From an uncultured delta proteobacterium (lineage in GTDB: Bacteria > Desulfobacterota > Binatia > Binatales > Binataceae): DNA of 64,000 nt. The notes under the pieces were generated by a model that made no database searches, had not been told where the DNA came from, and saw only the letters and a program-made list of their open reading frames with translations. The DNA lies in the NCBI GenBank assembly GCA_963788205.1, contig CAWBGG010000007.1, forward strand, positions 378,732 through 442,731, read 5' to 3'. Positions within the stretch are counted from its first letter, which is position 1, and every line of letters begins with the position of its first letter. Shown here one piece after another: positions 9,272 through 18,345 of this stretch. The position numbers and the translations under genes were made by a program.

Positions 9272-10095
9272 CTTCACATCCGGACGACGCGCAGTACCTG
9301 GTTGACGCGCGATGGATACGGGAGCGTCGCGGCGACCCGTCGGTCGTGTTGATCGATACGCGAGCGGCGGCGGAATACTGGGGCGGGCATCTGGCCCGCG
9401 CGCGCCACTTCGATCCCTTTCCGTTCCACTACTACGACACCAGCGATAAGGGGCTTAAAGAATTCCGCGCCCAGCTCCAATGGATTTTCTCGGCGCTCGG
9501 AATCACCGGTCGGGAAACGGTGGTTTTTTACGAGCAGGATTCCGGGATGCGCGCCGCGCGGGGCGCCTGGGCGCTCGAGTATCTCGGCCATCCGGCGGTG
9601 CGGATTTTAGACGGTGGTCTCAAGGCCGCCGCAGCCGAAGAGCTGGTAACCAGCGCCGAGCCGTTCGCACCGAGCGCATTTTCGATCGCGCCGCGGCCGG
9701 AGACCATCGCGTCATACGATTACATCCTGAAACGTATCGGCCGCGGGGACGTATCAATCTTTGACGTTCGTAGTGACGCCGAGTACTACGCGGAAAACGT
9801 ACGGGCCAAATTCGGTGGCGCGATTCCCGGAGCATTTCACCTCGAATGGACCAACGCACTGGACTCCAACGGCGCCTTCAAGCCGCCCGCCGAATTGCGC
9901 GCCGCGTTCGAGCGGATGGGGCTCCGCCCCGAGAACGAGATAATTCCCTATTGCCAGGGCGGTTATCGCGCGGCGCACGCCTACTTAGCCCTCAAGCTGG
10001 CCGGATATCGCAACGTGCGCAATTACATGGGCTCGTGGGCGGAATGGGGCAATCGCGACGACGTGCCGATCGAGCGGCCGAAAAGGCCGCGCTGA
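9268..10095 (+). CDS. thiosulfate/3-mercaptopyruvate sulfurtransferase (tandem rhodanese domains)
   Basis: Two rhodanese domains. Active-site loop CQGGYRAAH in the second. Start overlaps the upstream stop (ATGA). Confidence 0.8.
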   Translation: MTSHPDDAQYLVDARWIRERRGDPSVVLIDTRAAAEYWGGHLARARHFDPFPFHYYDTSDKGLKEFRAQLQWIFSALGITGRETVVFYEQDSGMRAARGAWALEYLGHPAVRILDGGLKAAAAEELVTSAEPFAPSAFSIAPRPETIASYDYILKRIGRGDVSIFDVRSDAEYYAENVRAKFGGAIPGAFHLEWTNALDSNGAFKPPAELRAAFERMGLRPENEIIPYCQGGYRAAHAYLALKLAGYRNVRNYMGSWAEWGNRDDVPIERPKRPR

Positions 10096-10183
10096 GACTC
10101 GACGTGGCCGCGAATCTCGATTAAACAGGATTCGGTTCGGGGAGTAAGCAAACTTGCGCGGACTTTCCTGCTATCGTGCTGCA

Positions 10184-11362
10184 ATGGGTATTCGCCGGAT
10201 GGGCAACAAAGCAACGCTTGCGCTGATCGCACTATTGCTGCTCGCGGCCGTCCCTGAGGGCGGATGCGGCGGGAGCTTTTTCGATATCGCCGGAACCTCG
10301 AGCAGTTCCAGCGGCAGCGGCGGCAGCACCGGCGGTGGAGGCAGCACCGGCGGCACCGGTTTCGCCTACGTCACGAACTTCGACGGCAACGTCTCCGAGT
10401 TCAAGCTCAGCAGCAGCAACGGTTCGTTGAGCCTGATCGGCACAATTTCGGGAGGCTCGGCAGGCGGCCCGGTCGGTATCGTGGGCCATCCCTCCAACAA
10501 TTTCCTCTACGTGGCGAACTTCGCCGACAATCTGGTCCACCAGTACAGCGTCAATTCGACTTCAGGAAAGCTCACTTCGATCGGGACGATATCGGCCGGA
10601 TCAAACGCCGGGGCGAACGGAATCACGGTCACTCCCTCGGGCAGCTACGCCTACGTCACCAACCAGAGCAGCGGCACAATCGCCCAGTACTCCATCTCGT
10701 CCAACGGCACTCTGACCTCGATTGGGAGCATCGGCGGGCTCACCACGCCGGAGGGTGTCACGACCGACGGGAGTTACGTGTACGTGGCTGAAACCGGCGC
10801 GGGCACGGTCGACTCGTACAGTATCGGGACCACCGGGCTGCTGACGCTGGTCAACAAGGTGCTGATCGAAGGAACCGCTTCGGGAACTCCCAGCCAGGTA
10901 GCGCTCTATCCCGGCGGGGGTGAGCTCTACGCCACCGATAACGCGAACGGGATGGTTGCGGTATTCGAGATCGGAAGCGCCGGCGCCGGCACACTGAACT
11001 ATATCAACAGCTTCAGCACCGGCACCTCGAGCGACCAGCCGGTCGGCATCGCGGTGAGACCGGGCGGAAGCTATCTCTATACGGCCAATGCGGCCGCCGA
11101 CACGATCACCGAATACGCCGTGATCAACGGCGGACAGACGCTGCAGGGCAGCGGCAACGTGACGGGCCTGAATGAGCCGACCGGAATTGCGGTTAGTTCA
11201 TCCGCCGGCCTGGTCTATGTGACCAACCAGAGCAACGGCACCGTGAGCGCTTTCAGTGTCAACGCGTCCTCCAACTTTGCGCTGGACTACATCGGTTCCT
11301 ACGACACGGAGAGCAACGGCAACGCCAGCAGCAGTCCCCGCTTCATCGCCTTGGTGCCGTAG
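10184..11362 (+). CDS. secreted YVTN-type beta-propeller repeat protein (lactonase-like fold)
   Basis: Signal peptide, then a Gly/Ser-rich linker, then seven repeats of the YVTN/YVAN pattern (FAYVTNF, LYVANF, AYVTNQ, VYVAET, LYATDN, LYTANA, VYVTNQ). Confidence 0.75.
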   Translation: MGIRRMGNKATLALIALLLLAAVPEGGCGGSFFDIAGTSSSSSGSGGSTGGGGSTGGTGFAYVTNFDGNVSEFKLSSSNGSLSLIGTISGGSAGGPVGIVGHPSNNFLYVANFADNLVHQYSVNSTSGKLTSIGTISAGSNAGANGITVTPSGSYAYVTNQSSGTIAQYSISSNGTLTSIGSIGGLTTPEGVTTDGSYVYVAETGAGTVDSYSIGTTGLLTLVNKVLIEGTASGTPSQVALYPGGGELYATDNANGMVAVFEIGSAGAGTLNYINSFSTGTSSDQPVGIAVRPGGSYLYTANAAADTITEYAVINGGQTLQGSGNVTGLNEPTGIAVSSSAGLVYVTNQSNGTVSAFSVNASSNFALDYIGSYDTESNGNASSSPRFIALVP

Positions 11363-11412
11363 CGCTGCGGTTGCGTCGAACGACGCGCGCCGTCCGCGAG
11401 CGATCGTGGCGC

Positions 11413-12501
11413 TTAGGTCCGGTTGCGGCTGTGGGCGAGGAGTTGGCGGAGTTTGGCCGGATTGATGGGCTTTTTGAAGATCGCGCCTTCCAGGCCCTGC
11501 ATCCGGCTGCGTTTGATGATGTGGTCCTTGTCGTAGTAGTAGGCGGTCATCAGGATTACCGGCAGTTCGGGCAGCTCTTCCTTGACCTTGGTGTAGAAGT
11601 CGTAACCGTCCATCTCGGGCATCACCACGTCCGAGATCACCGCGTCGATTTTCATGTTGCGCAGCACTCCCAGCGCGGTGCTCGGGAGCGTGGCGGTATG
11701 CACGACGCACTGTTCCGCGCGCAGCAGGTCGGCCAGTGAAGTGACCACCGAGACGTCGTCGTCGAGCACCAGCACCGCCATCCCGCGCAACGGCCAATCG
11801 CCATGCGGGCGATCGTCGTCATGCTGCCCGGCTTGCGGGGCGGGCTCGCGCGGCGCCAGGTCGGTCATCTTTTTTCCCGCCAGATAGTCGCGGGTCTGAT
11901 AAACGCCCTTGCGCGACATCTCGTCCAGCCGCTGCACGATCGCCTGCACGCGCCGGATCGCGGTCCGGATCGAGTCCAGGCGCTCGCTTTCAGCTGCGAA
12001 GTCAGCCTGGCTGAAATGGGCCTCCAGCGAGCGGGTCAACAGTTCCAGGTTGTTGGTAATCGATTCGAGCGGGTTGTTGATCTCATGCGCGAGGCTCACG
12101 GCGATCTCGCCGGCGGTGGCCAGCTGCTCGCGCAGCCGCATCCGGCGCATGTCGCGCGCGAAACCGATCGAGCCGATTTCGATTCCCTGCTCGTCGCGGA
12201 TCAGCGAGCCCGAGATCGCAACCGGTATCATCTCACCGGTCTTGCTGCGAAATGTGGTCTCGAAGCTCGAGATTCGCCCGGCGTCTTTCGACTCGCGCAT
12301 CGCCTTCATCACCCGGCGCGCTTCCTCGACCGACGGATAGATGCGGGCGAGGTTCTCGCCGATCATCTCCGCGGAGCTGTAGCCGAGGTTCTGGCGCGCG
12401 CCGTCGTTGTAGTAGACCACGATACCCTGGCGATCGACCGCGATAACGATATCCGGCGAGCTTTCGATCAGCCGTTGCAGGTATTTTTCGTCGAGTGACA
12501 T
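11413..12501 (-). CDS. PAS-HisKA-receiver hybrid signalling protein lacking a recognisable HATPase domain
   Basis: N-terminal PAS. H-box SLAHEINNPL. C-terminal REC with LVLDDD, DVVMPEMDG, ILMTAY and KKP motifs. No N/G1/G2 ATP-binding boxes were seen. Confidence 0.7.
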   Translation of the reverse strand: MSLDEKYLQRLIESSPDIVIAVDRQGIVVYYNDGARQNLGYSSAEMIGENLARIYPSVEEARRVMKAMRESKDAGRISSFETTFRSKTGEMIPVAISGSLIRDEQGIEIGSIGFARDMRRMRLREQLATAGEIAVSLAHEINNPLESITNNLELLTRSLEAHFSQADFAAESERLDSIRTAIRRVQAIVQRLDEMSRKGVYQTRDYLAGKKMTDLAPREPAPQAGQHDDDRPHGDWPLRGMAVLVLDDDVSVVTSLADLLRAEQCVVHTATLPSTALGVLRNMKIDAVISDVVMPEMDGYDFYTKVKEELPELPVILMTAYYYDKDHIIKRSRMQGLEGAIFKKPINPAKLRQLLAHSRNRT

Positions 12502-12510
12502 TGGTTGGCC

Positions 12511-12927
12511 TTACGCGCTCCGGCGGGGACGAAACTTCGGCAGCGTAATCTCGTCGTTGAGCTTCTCGAATACCACTTCGACCGGCATCCCGCACCTGAG
12601 CTCGTGCGGCTTGACGCCGATCACATTGGATACCATCCGGGCGCCCTCTTCGAGCTGGACCACGACCACCGCGTAGGGAACCTCGGCCGCGAACCCCGGA
12701 TGATAGACCTGATGCATCACGTTGAAGCTGAAGACCTCGCCCCTGCCGCTGACCGGCGCCCATGAAGCGCCGCCCGAGAGGCAATGCGGACACAGCTCGC
12801 GCGGCGGAAAGCGGAACCTGCCGCAACTGTCGCATTTTTGTACAGTTAGTACGCCCCGCCGCGTAGCCTCGAAGAACGGCGCGAGCGCCGGTGTGACGAC
12901 CGGAACGGGCTTGCTGGTCTCCGGCAT
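12511..12927 (-). CDS. DUF35 zinc-ribbon/OB-fold protein (partner of SCP-x-type thiolase)
   Basis: CDSCGR...CPHC zinc ribbon followed by an OB-fold region. Lies immediately downstream of a thiolase-like gene, as in known thiolase-DUF35 pairs. Confidence 0.75.
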   Translation of the reverse strand: MPETSKPVPVVTPALAPFFEATRRGVLTVQKCDSCGRFRFPPRELCPHCLSGGASWAPVSGRGEVFSFNVMHQVYHPGFAAEVPYAVVVVQLEEGARMVSNVIGVKPHELRCGMPVEVVFEKLNDEITLPKFRPRRSA

Positions 12928-13055
12928 TATTGGATTCGCTTACTCCCGCACATGACGGCAGGCAACCTGGGCTTAACTCTGGAGAATGAAAACCCTAGGA
13001 ATCGGGGAGAAGATAGGGCTCAGAGATCTTCAACGCACTTCCAACTCAGGACACT

Positions 13056-14228
13056 CTAGTTACTTGAACCGAGAATCAGCGTGGAATGGGTCGCGAGGAT
13101 TCCGCCATTGCCCGATACCAGGCCGAGTTCGTGCCGGGGCGCCTGGCGCGCTCCGGCCTCGCCGCGCACTTGCGTGACCGCCTCGCCGATCGGCGTCATC
13201 CCCCACATGTAGAACGAGCTGAGTTGGCCGCCACCGGTATTGACCGGCAACGAACCGCCGGGCCCCAGCCGTCCGCCGGCGACGAAAGCGCCGCCTTCGC
13301 CCTTACGGCAGAACCCGTAGTCCTCGAGCGTCACCAGCACGGTAAAGGTGTAGCAATCGTACAGCTCGGCGAAGCCGATGTCTTCGAGCTCGACGCCCGC
13401 CATCTTGAACGCGGTCTGCTTGGCGATCGGCGCGCCCGACGTGAGCGTTTCGAGCGGGTCGCCGCCGGGGTGTCCCTGTCCCATGCCGAGCACGTAGACC
13501 GGTGGTTTCTTCAAGTCGCGCGCGCGTTCGGCGGAGGTGACGATCAGGCAGAGCCCGCCGTTGGATACCAGGCAGCAATCATATAGATGAAACGGCTCAA
13601 CCACCCATCGCGAGGTGTGATAGTCGTCCATCGACATCGGCTGCCCGTACATCTGGGCCTGCGGATTCAGATTGGCCCATGCGCGCTGCGCGGTCGCGAT
13701 CGCGCCCAGATGGTCGTTGCTGGTGCCATAGAGATACATGTGGCGGCGCGCGACGAAGGCGTAAGTCGCGTTCACGCCGAACAGCCCGTAGGCCGATTCG
13801 AGCGCGCGCCCGAACCCGTAGGCGGCAGCTGAGCCACCGGAGCCTTTGGCGGACTTCGGCGCGGGTGGCTTCAGCGGGGCGTCGGCGAACACGCACGCCA
13901 CCACGTCAGCCATCCCGGCCGCGATCGATTGCACCGCATGCATCACCATCGCGGCCGCGGTGGCCCCGCCGAGGTTCATGCTCGCGGTCAGGCGCAGGTT
14001 GCGCAGCCCCATCGCCTGCTGCACGTCGAACGAGGCCATCGGATTGCCCATCCAGGTAATTCCCGGATTCACCAGCATCCCGTCGAGGTCGGAACGCGTC
14101 AGCCCCGCGTCTTCAAGGGCAAGCTGCACGGCCTCGATCGCAAAGCCGAGCGCATGCGAGTGCTCGTAATTCTTGCCCATCCGGGTCGCCCCCAGACCGG
14201 CAATCGCACATTTTCCCCGAAGATCCAT
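13056..14228 (-). CDS. thiolase-like lipid-transfer protein (SCP-x-type thiolase)
   Basis: 390 aa thiolase fold. The catalytic Cys region is replaced as in SCP-x/Ltp-type enzymes. Paired with DUF35. Confidence 0.8.
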   Translation of the reverse strand: MDLRGKCAIAGLGATRMGKNYEHSHALGFAIEAVQLALEDAGLTRSDLDGMLVNPGITWMGNPMASFDVQQAMGLRNLRLTASMNLGGATAAAMVMHAVQSIAAGMADVVACVFADAPLKPPAPKSAKGSGGSAAAYGFGRALESAYGLFGVNATYAFVARRHMYLYGTSNDHLGAIATAQRAWANLNPQAQMYGQPMSMDDYHTSRWVVEPFHLYDCCLVSNGGLCLIVTSAERARDLKKPPVYVLGMGQGHPGGDPLETLTSGAPIAKQTAFKMAGVELEDIGFAELYDCYTFTVLVTLEDYGFCRKGEGGAFVAGGRLGPGGSLPVNTGGGQLSSFYMWGMTPIGEAVTQVRGEAGARQAPRHELGLVSGNGGILATHSTLILGSSN

Positions 14229-14460
14229 CGGCTGCTATCGATCATAGCCCAAGCAGCCGGAGGGTCACAGAGCGAGCACCGTCCTGCGGTTGGAAACGAT
14301 TTCACGTGGCGATGGCCTCGGTCTAATCCCAGTTAGCAAGGCCCAGCCGTCTGGCATCGAAACCGATGCCTGGTTCGAGCGTATCAACGTGCGCCCTTGC
14401 CCTGCCTCGGTTGCCAAGGCCTGAATCTTGCCCTTAAAATAGACGGATGGGAGATCGCCG

Positions 14461-15768
14461 ATGGCCGGAGCGTTGACCTTCGAGGCGCTGGTAAGCCGCG
14501 ACTACGTGCTTTCCAGCGCTGAAAACTTCGTTCTGTATGTTTTGTTTGAAGCGATCTCCGGCGGACGAAGCGGGGCGGCGGGCAGCCGACTGCCGCTCAA
14601 CCTCGGCGTGGTGCTCGATCGCTCGGGCTCGATGTACGACGAGCGGCGGCTGGAGTTCGTGGTCGAGGCGGTCAAGTTCCTGGTCGATAACCTCGCGCCC
14701 GATGACAAGATGGCGATTGTCGCGTTCGCCGACAAAGCGCAAGTGCTCGCGCCGTCCAACGCCGGTCACGACAAAGCGGCGCTCAAGCGCGCGATCGACG
14801 ACATCGATCTGCTCGATATCGGCGGCGGCACGAAGATGGCGCTCGGGATGAGCGCAGCGATCGACGAGGTCAAGAAGAACCTTGCTCCCGATCGGCTCAA
14901 CCGCGTGCTGGTCCTGACCGACGGCCAGACTTACGAAGAGATGGCCTGCGTCGAGCTGGTCAACCAGAACCGCGGGCCGCTGTCGTTCTCCGCGATGGGC
15001 GTGGGCGTGGAGTTCAACGAAAAGCTCCTGATGCGAATCGCGCAGGACTCCAACGGCAAATATCATTTCATCGGCGATGCGGCCGAGATTCCCGGCATCT
15101 TCGACGACGAGCTGCAAGGCCTGCGCGCGGTATCGGCGCGCAATGGCCGGATCGAGGTGACGCTCGCACAGGGCGTCCAGATTCGCGAGGCGTTTCGCGC
15201 CAGCCCCGATATCTATGCGCTCGGCTCGCCGCTGCTGACCGAGGATCGCAAGGTGGCCTATTCGGTCGGCGATCTCGAAGCCACCGTTCCTGCGTCGGTG
15301 CTGCTGACGCTGGTGCTGCCGCCGCGCAAGCCCGGCCTGGTCAGGATCGGTCAAAGCGCGTTCCATTACGAAGAGCCGGGCGCGGGCGAGCGATCGATCG
15401 AGACCGAGGTCACGGTTGAGTACACGCTCGATCGGGCGCTGGCGAGCAAAGTCAACGGCCGCGTGATGAACCTGGTCGATCAGGTTTCGATCGCCAAGCT
15501 CCAGGCCAAGGCCGAAGAGGAGCTCAAGCTGGGCAACATCGATCGCGCTACGCGGCTGCTCGGCAATGCGATCCAGGGCACGCAGCGGCTGGGCAACGTG
15601 AAAGCGACCCAGGCCTTGTCGGGACTCGTGGAGCAGATCAAGAAAACCCAGACCCTGCAAACCAAGGCGGCCAAAACCACCCTGTTGCAAGCGCAGGCAG
15701 TGGTGCGGAAGACCCAGATGCTCGATCCGGCGGCTCTGGAGGCGCTCAGAGATGAGAAGTCGGAATAG
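14461..15768 (+). CDS. von Willebrand factor A (vWA) domain protein with C-terminal coiled coil
   Basis: MIDAS motif DRSGSM...T...D (LVLTDGQ) and a typical vWA beta-alpha pattern. Long helical C-terminus. Confidence 0.8.
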   Translation: MAGALTFEALVSRDYVLSSAENFVLYVLFEAISGGRSGAAGSRLPLNLGVVLDRSGSMYDERRLEFVVEAVKFLVDNLAPDDKMAIVAFADKAQVLAPSNAGHDKAALKRAIDDIDLLDIGGGTKMALGMSAAIDEVKKNLAPDRLNRVLVLTDGQTYEEMACVELVNQNRGPLSFSAMGVGVEFNEKLLMRIAQDSNGKYHFIGDAAEIPGIFDDELQGLRAVSARNGRIEVTLAQGVQIREAFRASPDIYALGSPLLTEDRKVAYSVGDLEATVPASVLLTLVLPPRKPGLVRIGQSAFHYEEPGAGERSIETEVTVEYTLDRALASKVNGRVMNLVDQVSIAKLQAKAEEELKLGNIDRATRLLGNAIQGTQRLGNVKATQALSGLVEQIKKTQTLQTKAAKTTLLQAQAVVRKTQMLDPAALEALRDEKSE

Positions 15769-15831
15769 TTTCAGAATAGCAAATGTTTGCCGAAGACGCG
15801 GCCGGCTGATGGGCCGGCTGGTTGGGGGCTG

Positions 15832-16461
15832 ATGACGATGATCAAATGTGGTGAATGCGGCTACGAGAACATGGACGGCTTGGATTACTGCGACGGATGC
15901 GGCGCCAAAATAACCGCGGCGGCCCCTTCGGGCGACGGCGCGATCGCGCCGGCCGCTGAGGCACCGCCCACGGAACCGGCTGCGCCGAGCGCCTCCGATG
16001 CGCCCACCGGCGAAATAAAGCCTCCGCCCGAGCCTGCGCCTGCCGCCGAAGGCGCCGCGCCGCCTCCGGAAGCGCCGCCGCCTACACCGGCCGCTCCTCC
16101 GCCTGCCGGGGCGGTGCCGCAATTCAAGGCCAAGTTCGAGGTCACGCGCGGCGGCCGCAAGGGCCAGGAATTTCCGCTCGAAGACGGCAACAACTTCATC
16201 GGCCGATGGGACCCGGAGACCGGCTCGTTCCCTGAAGTCGACCTCGAGCAGGATGATCCCGAGGCCAAAATTTCGCGCAAGCACGCCCTGGTTAGAATCG
16301 AGAACGGCAAAATCACGGTCGAGGACATCGGCAGCCTCAACGGAACCTACGTCAACCGCCAGCCGCGCCTGCAGCCGGGATCGCCGGTCGAGATCAAAAC
16401 GGGCGACGAGATTATCATCGGTAAGACTTTCTTGAAGCTGGTGGTCGAACCCATTTCGTAG
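15832..16461 (+). CDS. zinc-ribbon - Pro/Ala-rich linker - FHA domain protein
   Basis: CGECGY...CDGCG ribbon. FHA signature FIGRWD...ISRKHALV...DIGSLNGTYVN. Confidence 0.75.
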   Translation: MTMIKCGECGYENMDGLDYCDGCGAKITAAAPSGDGAIAPAAEAPPTEPAAPSASDAPTGEIKPPPEPAPAAEGAAPPPEAPPPTPAAPPPAGAVPQFKAKFEVTRGGRKGQEFPLEDGNNFIGRWDPETGSFPEVDLEQDDPEAKISRKHALVRIENGKITVEDIGSLNGTYVNRQPRLQPGSPVEIKTGDEIIIGKTFLKLVVEPIS

Positions 16462-16540
16462 CGCGCCGGCTTCGACGGCCGGCCACGGCCGTTGGCCGCG
16501 AGGCCGCATCTTCGATGCGCCCGGCTGAAAATCTGAATTC

Positions 16541-18295
16541 GTGATGAAACCGGGTGACCCCGTACCCGCCGGCCATCTGCTCGACGGCCGATACCGCGTT
16601 AACAAGGTAATCGGCCAGGGCGGCATGGGGCGCGTCTATATGGCCAACGACACTCGTCTGGCCAACCGTCCGGTCGCCGTCAAGGAGATGATCGTCGATG
16701 CCGGCGGCGAGCAGGAAAAAAAGGCCATCGAGGACTTCCAGCGTGAGGCGAGCGTGCTCGCCGCGTTGACGCATCCCGGCATCCCCAATCTCTTCGACAA
16801 TTTCATCGAGAACGGCCGCCATTACCTGGTGATGGAGTTCGTTGCGGGCGGAGATCTTCAGGCGATGCTCGACCAGCTGGGCCCGCGCGCGCGTATCGAG
16901 GAAGCGCGGGTGCTCCGCTGGGCACGCCAGATTCTCGACGTGCTGGTCTTTCTGCACGCGCAGAAGCCGCCGATTATCTATCGCGACTTCAAGCCCGGCA
17001 ACATCATGATCGACCGGCACGGGCGCGCGATGCTGATCGACTTCGGAATCGCGCGCTTTCTGCCGCCCGGCGGGCGCGGCACTCAAATCGGATCGATCGG
17101 CTACGCGCCCCCCGAGCAATACATGGGCAAGGCGGAGCCGCGCTCGGACCTCTACTCGCTGGCGGCCACGATGCATCATCTGCTCACCGGGCGCGATCCG
17201 CAGTTGGAGCCGCCGTTCAGCTTTCCGCCCGCGCGCCAGCTTGCACCCGAGCTCTCGCCCGCTACGGAGCGGGTGATAATGAGCGCGCTGGATAAAGACG
17301 CCGCCAAGCGCCCGGCCTCCGCCAAAGAGATGCTCGATCGGCTGCCGGTCCCGCCGCCAGCCGAAGAGGAAGCCCCGACATTAGTTGGCGCGCCGATGCG
17401 AGCGGCGCCCTCGATCGCGGTGATGCCGACGATTGCGCTCTCCAGGCCCGTGGCCGCCGCCCCGGCGACGCCGGCGCCGCGTGCGCCGGCACCGGCGAGC
17501 GTGTCGTCCGCGTCCTCGATGCCGACCATCGTCCTGACGAATCCAGTTTCGGTCGCGGCGGCACCTGCGCCCGAGCCGGCCACGCCGATGTCGACCGCGC
17601 TCGAAAAGATCGCGGGACTCAAGCGCCTGGCGCGCTTCGCCACTCCGCGCATCCTCAAAACCCCGCCGGTGCGCACCGAGCCTTCTTCATCGCGAGCGCG
17701 CGTTTCATCGACCGCCAAAACCCAGGAGCTCAAGGGCAGCGGCGCCAAAGCCACGCCCTTGCACTCCCGCAGCGCGGCCAATTCCGCGTCATCGCCGCGC
17801 CATCCGAAGCGAGGCTCGGCGCCGCACACCCCCAGCTCGTCGAAGCCGGCTAGCGCACCGTCGAAGCCGGCCGCGGCGGTCAAAAAGGCCAGCGCGGCGA
17901 CGCCGCGAGCGCTCCCGCCGTTGCCGGTCGCGGCCAACGGCAAATCCGGTAAATCCGGTGCGGCGCTCGACGGACCTCGGCTGGTATGCAAGGCGGAGCA
18001 GGCCGAGTTTGGGCTCTGCGGTGAGCGAATCGTGATCGGCCGGGTGGCGGCATCGGCCGACGGCGCCGATATCGATCTCGACTTGTCCTCGCTCAAGCGC
18101 AGCGGCGAGCGAATTTCGCGCCGCCATGCCGAGATAATCCGGCTCGGCAAGGACTACTTCATCCGGGACCTGGGCAGCCTCAACGGGACTTTCATCGCGG
18201 GACGCGGCCGGCTGGGACGCGATCAACTCTACAAATTGAATGACCGCGACGAAGTCTTGCTGGGCGGCGCCAGGTTGGAGTTCCGCAAGGGATGA
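16541..18295 (+). CDS. Ser/Thr protein kinase with C-terminal FHA domain
   Basis: Kinase motifs GQGGMGRVY, VAVKEM, IYRDFKPGN (YRD instead of HRD), DFG, APE. C-terminal FHA with ISRRHAEI...DLGSLNGTF. Probable GTG start. Confidence 0.8.
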   Translation: MMKPGDPVPAGHLLDGRYRVNKVIGQGGMGRVYMANDTRLANRPVAVKEMIVDAGGEQEKKAIEDFQREASVLAALTHPGIPNLFDNFIENGRHYLVMEFVAGGDLQAMLDQLGPRARIEEARVLRWARQILDVLVFLHAQKPPIIYRDFKPGNIMIDRHGRAMLIDFGIARFLPPGGRGTQIGSIGYAPPEQYMGKAEPRSDLYSLAATMHHLLTGRDPQLEPPFSFPPARQLAPELSPATERVIMSALDKDAAKRPASAKEMLDRLPVPPPAEEEAPTLVGAPMRAAPSIAVMPTIALSRPVAAAPATPAPRAPAPASVSSASSMPTIVLTNPVSVAAAPAPEPATPMSTALEKIAGLKRLARFATPRILKTPPVRTEPSSSRARVSSTAKTQELKGSGAKATPLHSRSAANSASSPRHPKRGSAPHTPSSSKPASAPSKPAAAVKKASAATPRALPPLPVAANGKSGKSGAALDGPRLVCKAEQAEFGLCGERIVIGRVAASADGADIDLDLSSLKRSGERISRRHAEIIRLGKDYFIRDLGSLNGTFIAGRGRLGRDQLYKLNDRDEVLLGGARLEFRKG

Positions 18296-18345
18296 GCGCA
18301 AGGGCTATGATCGAAAAGGAAAGCCTACTTGGGAAGCCTATTTGA

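Noticed and set aside
14434-16626. 730-aa ORF on the minus strand overlapping the vWA, FHA and kinase genes
   Set aside because: It is Arg/Gly/Pro-rich and low-complexity, typical of an antisense frame in high-GC DNA. The plus-strand genes have clear domain content.
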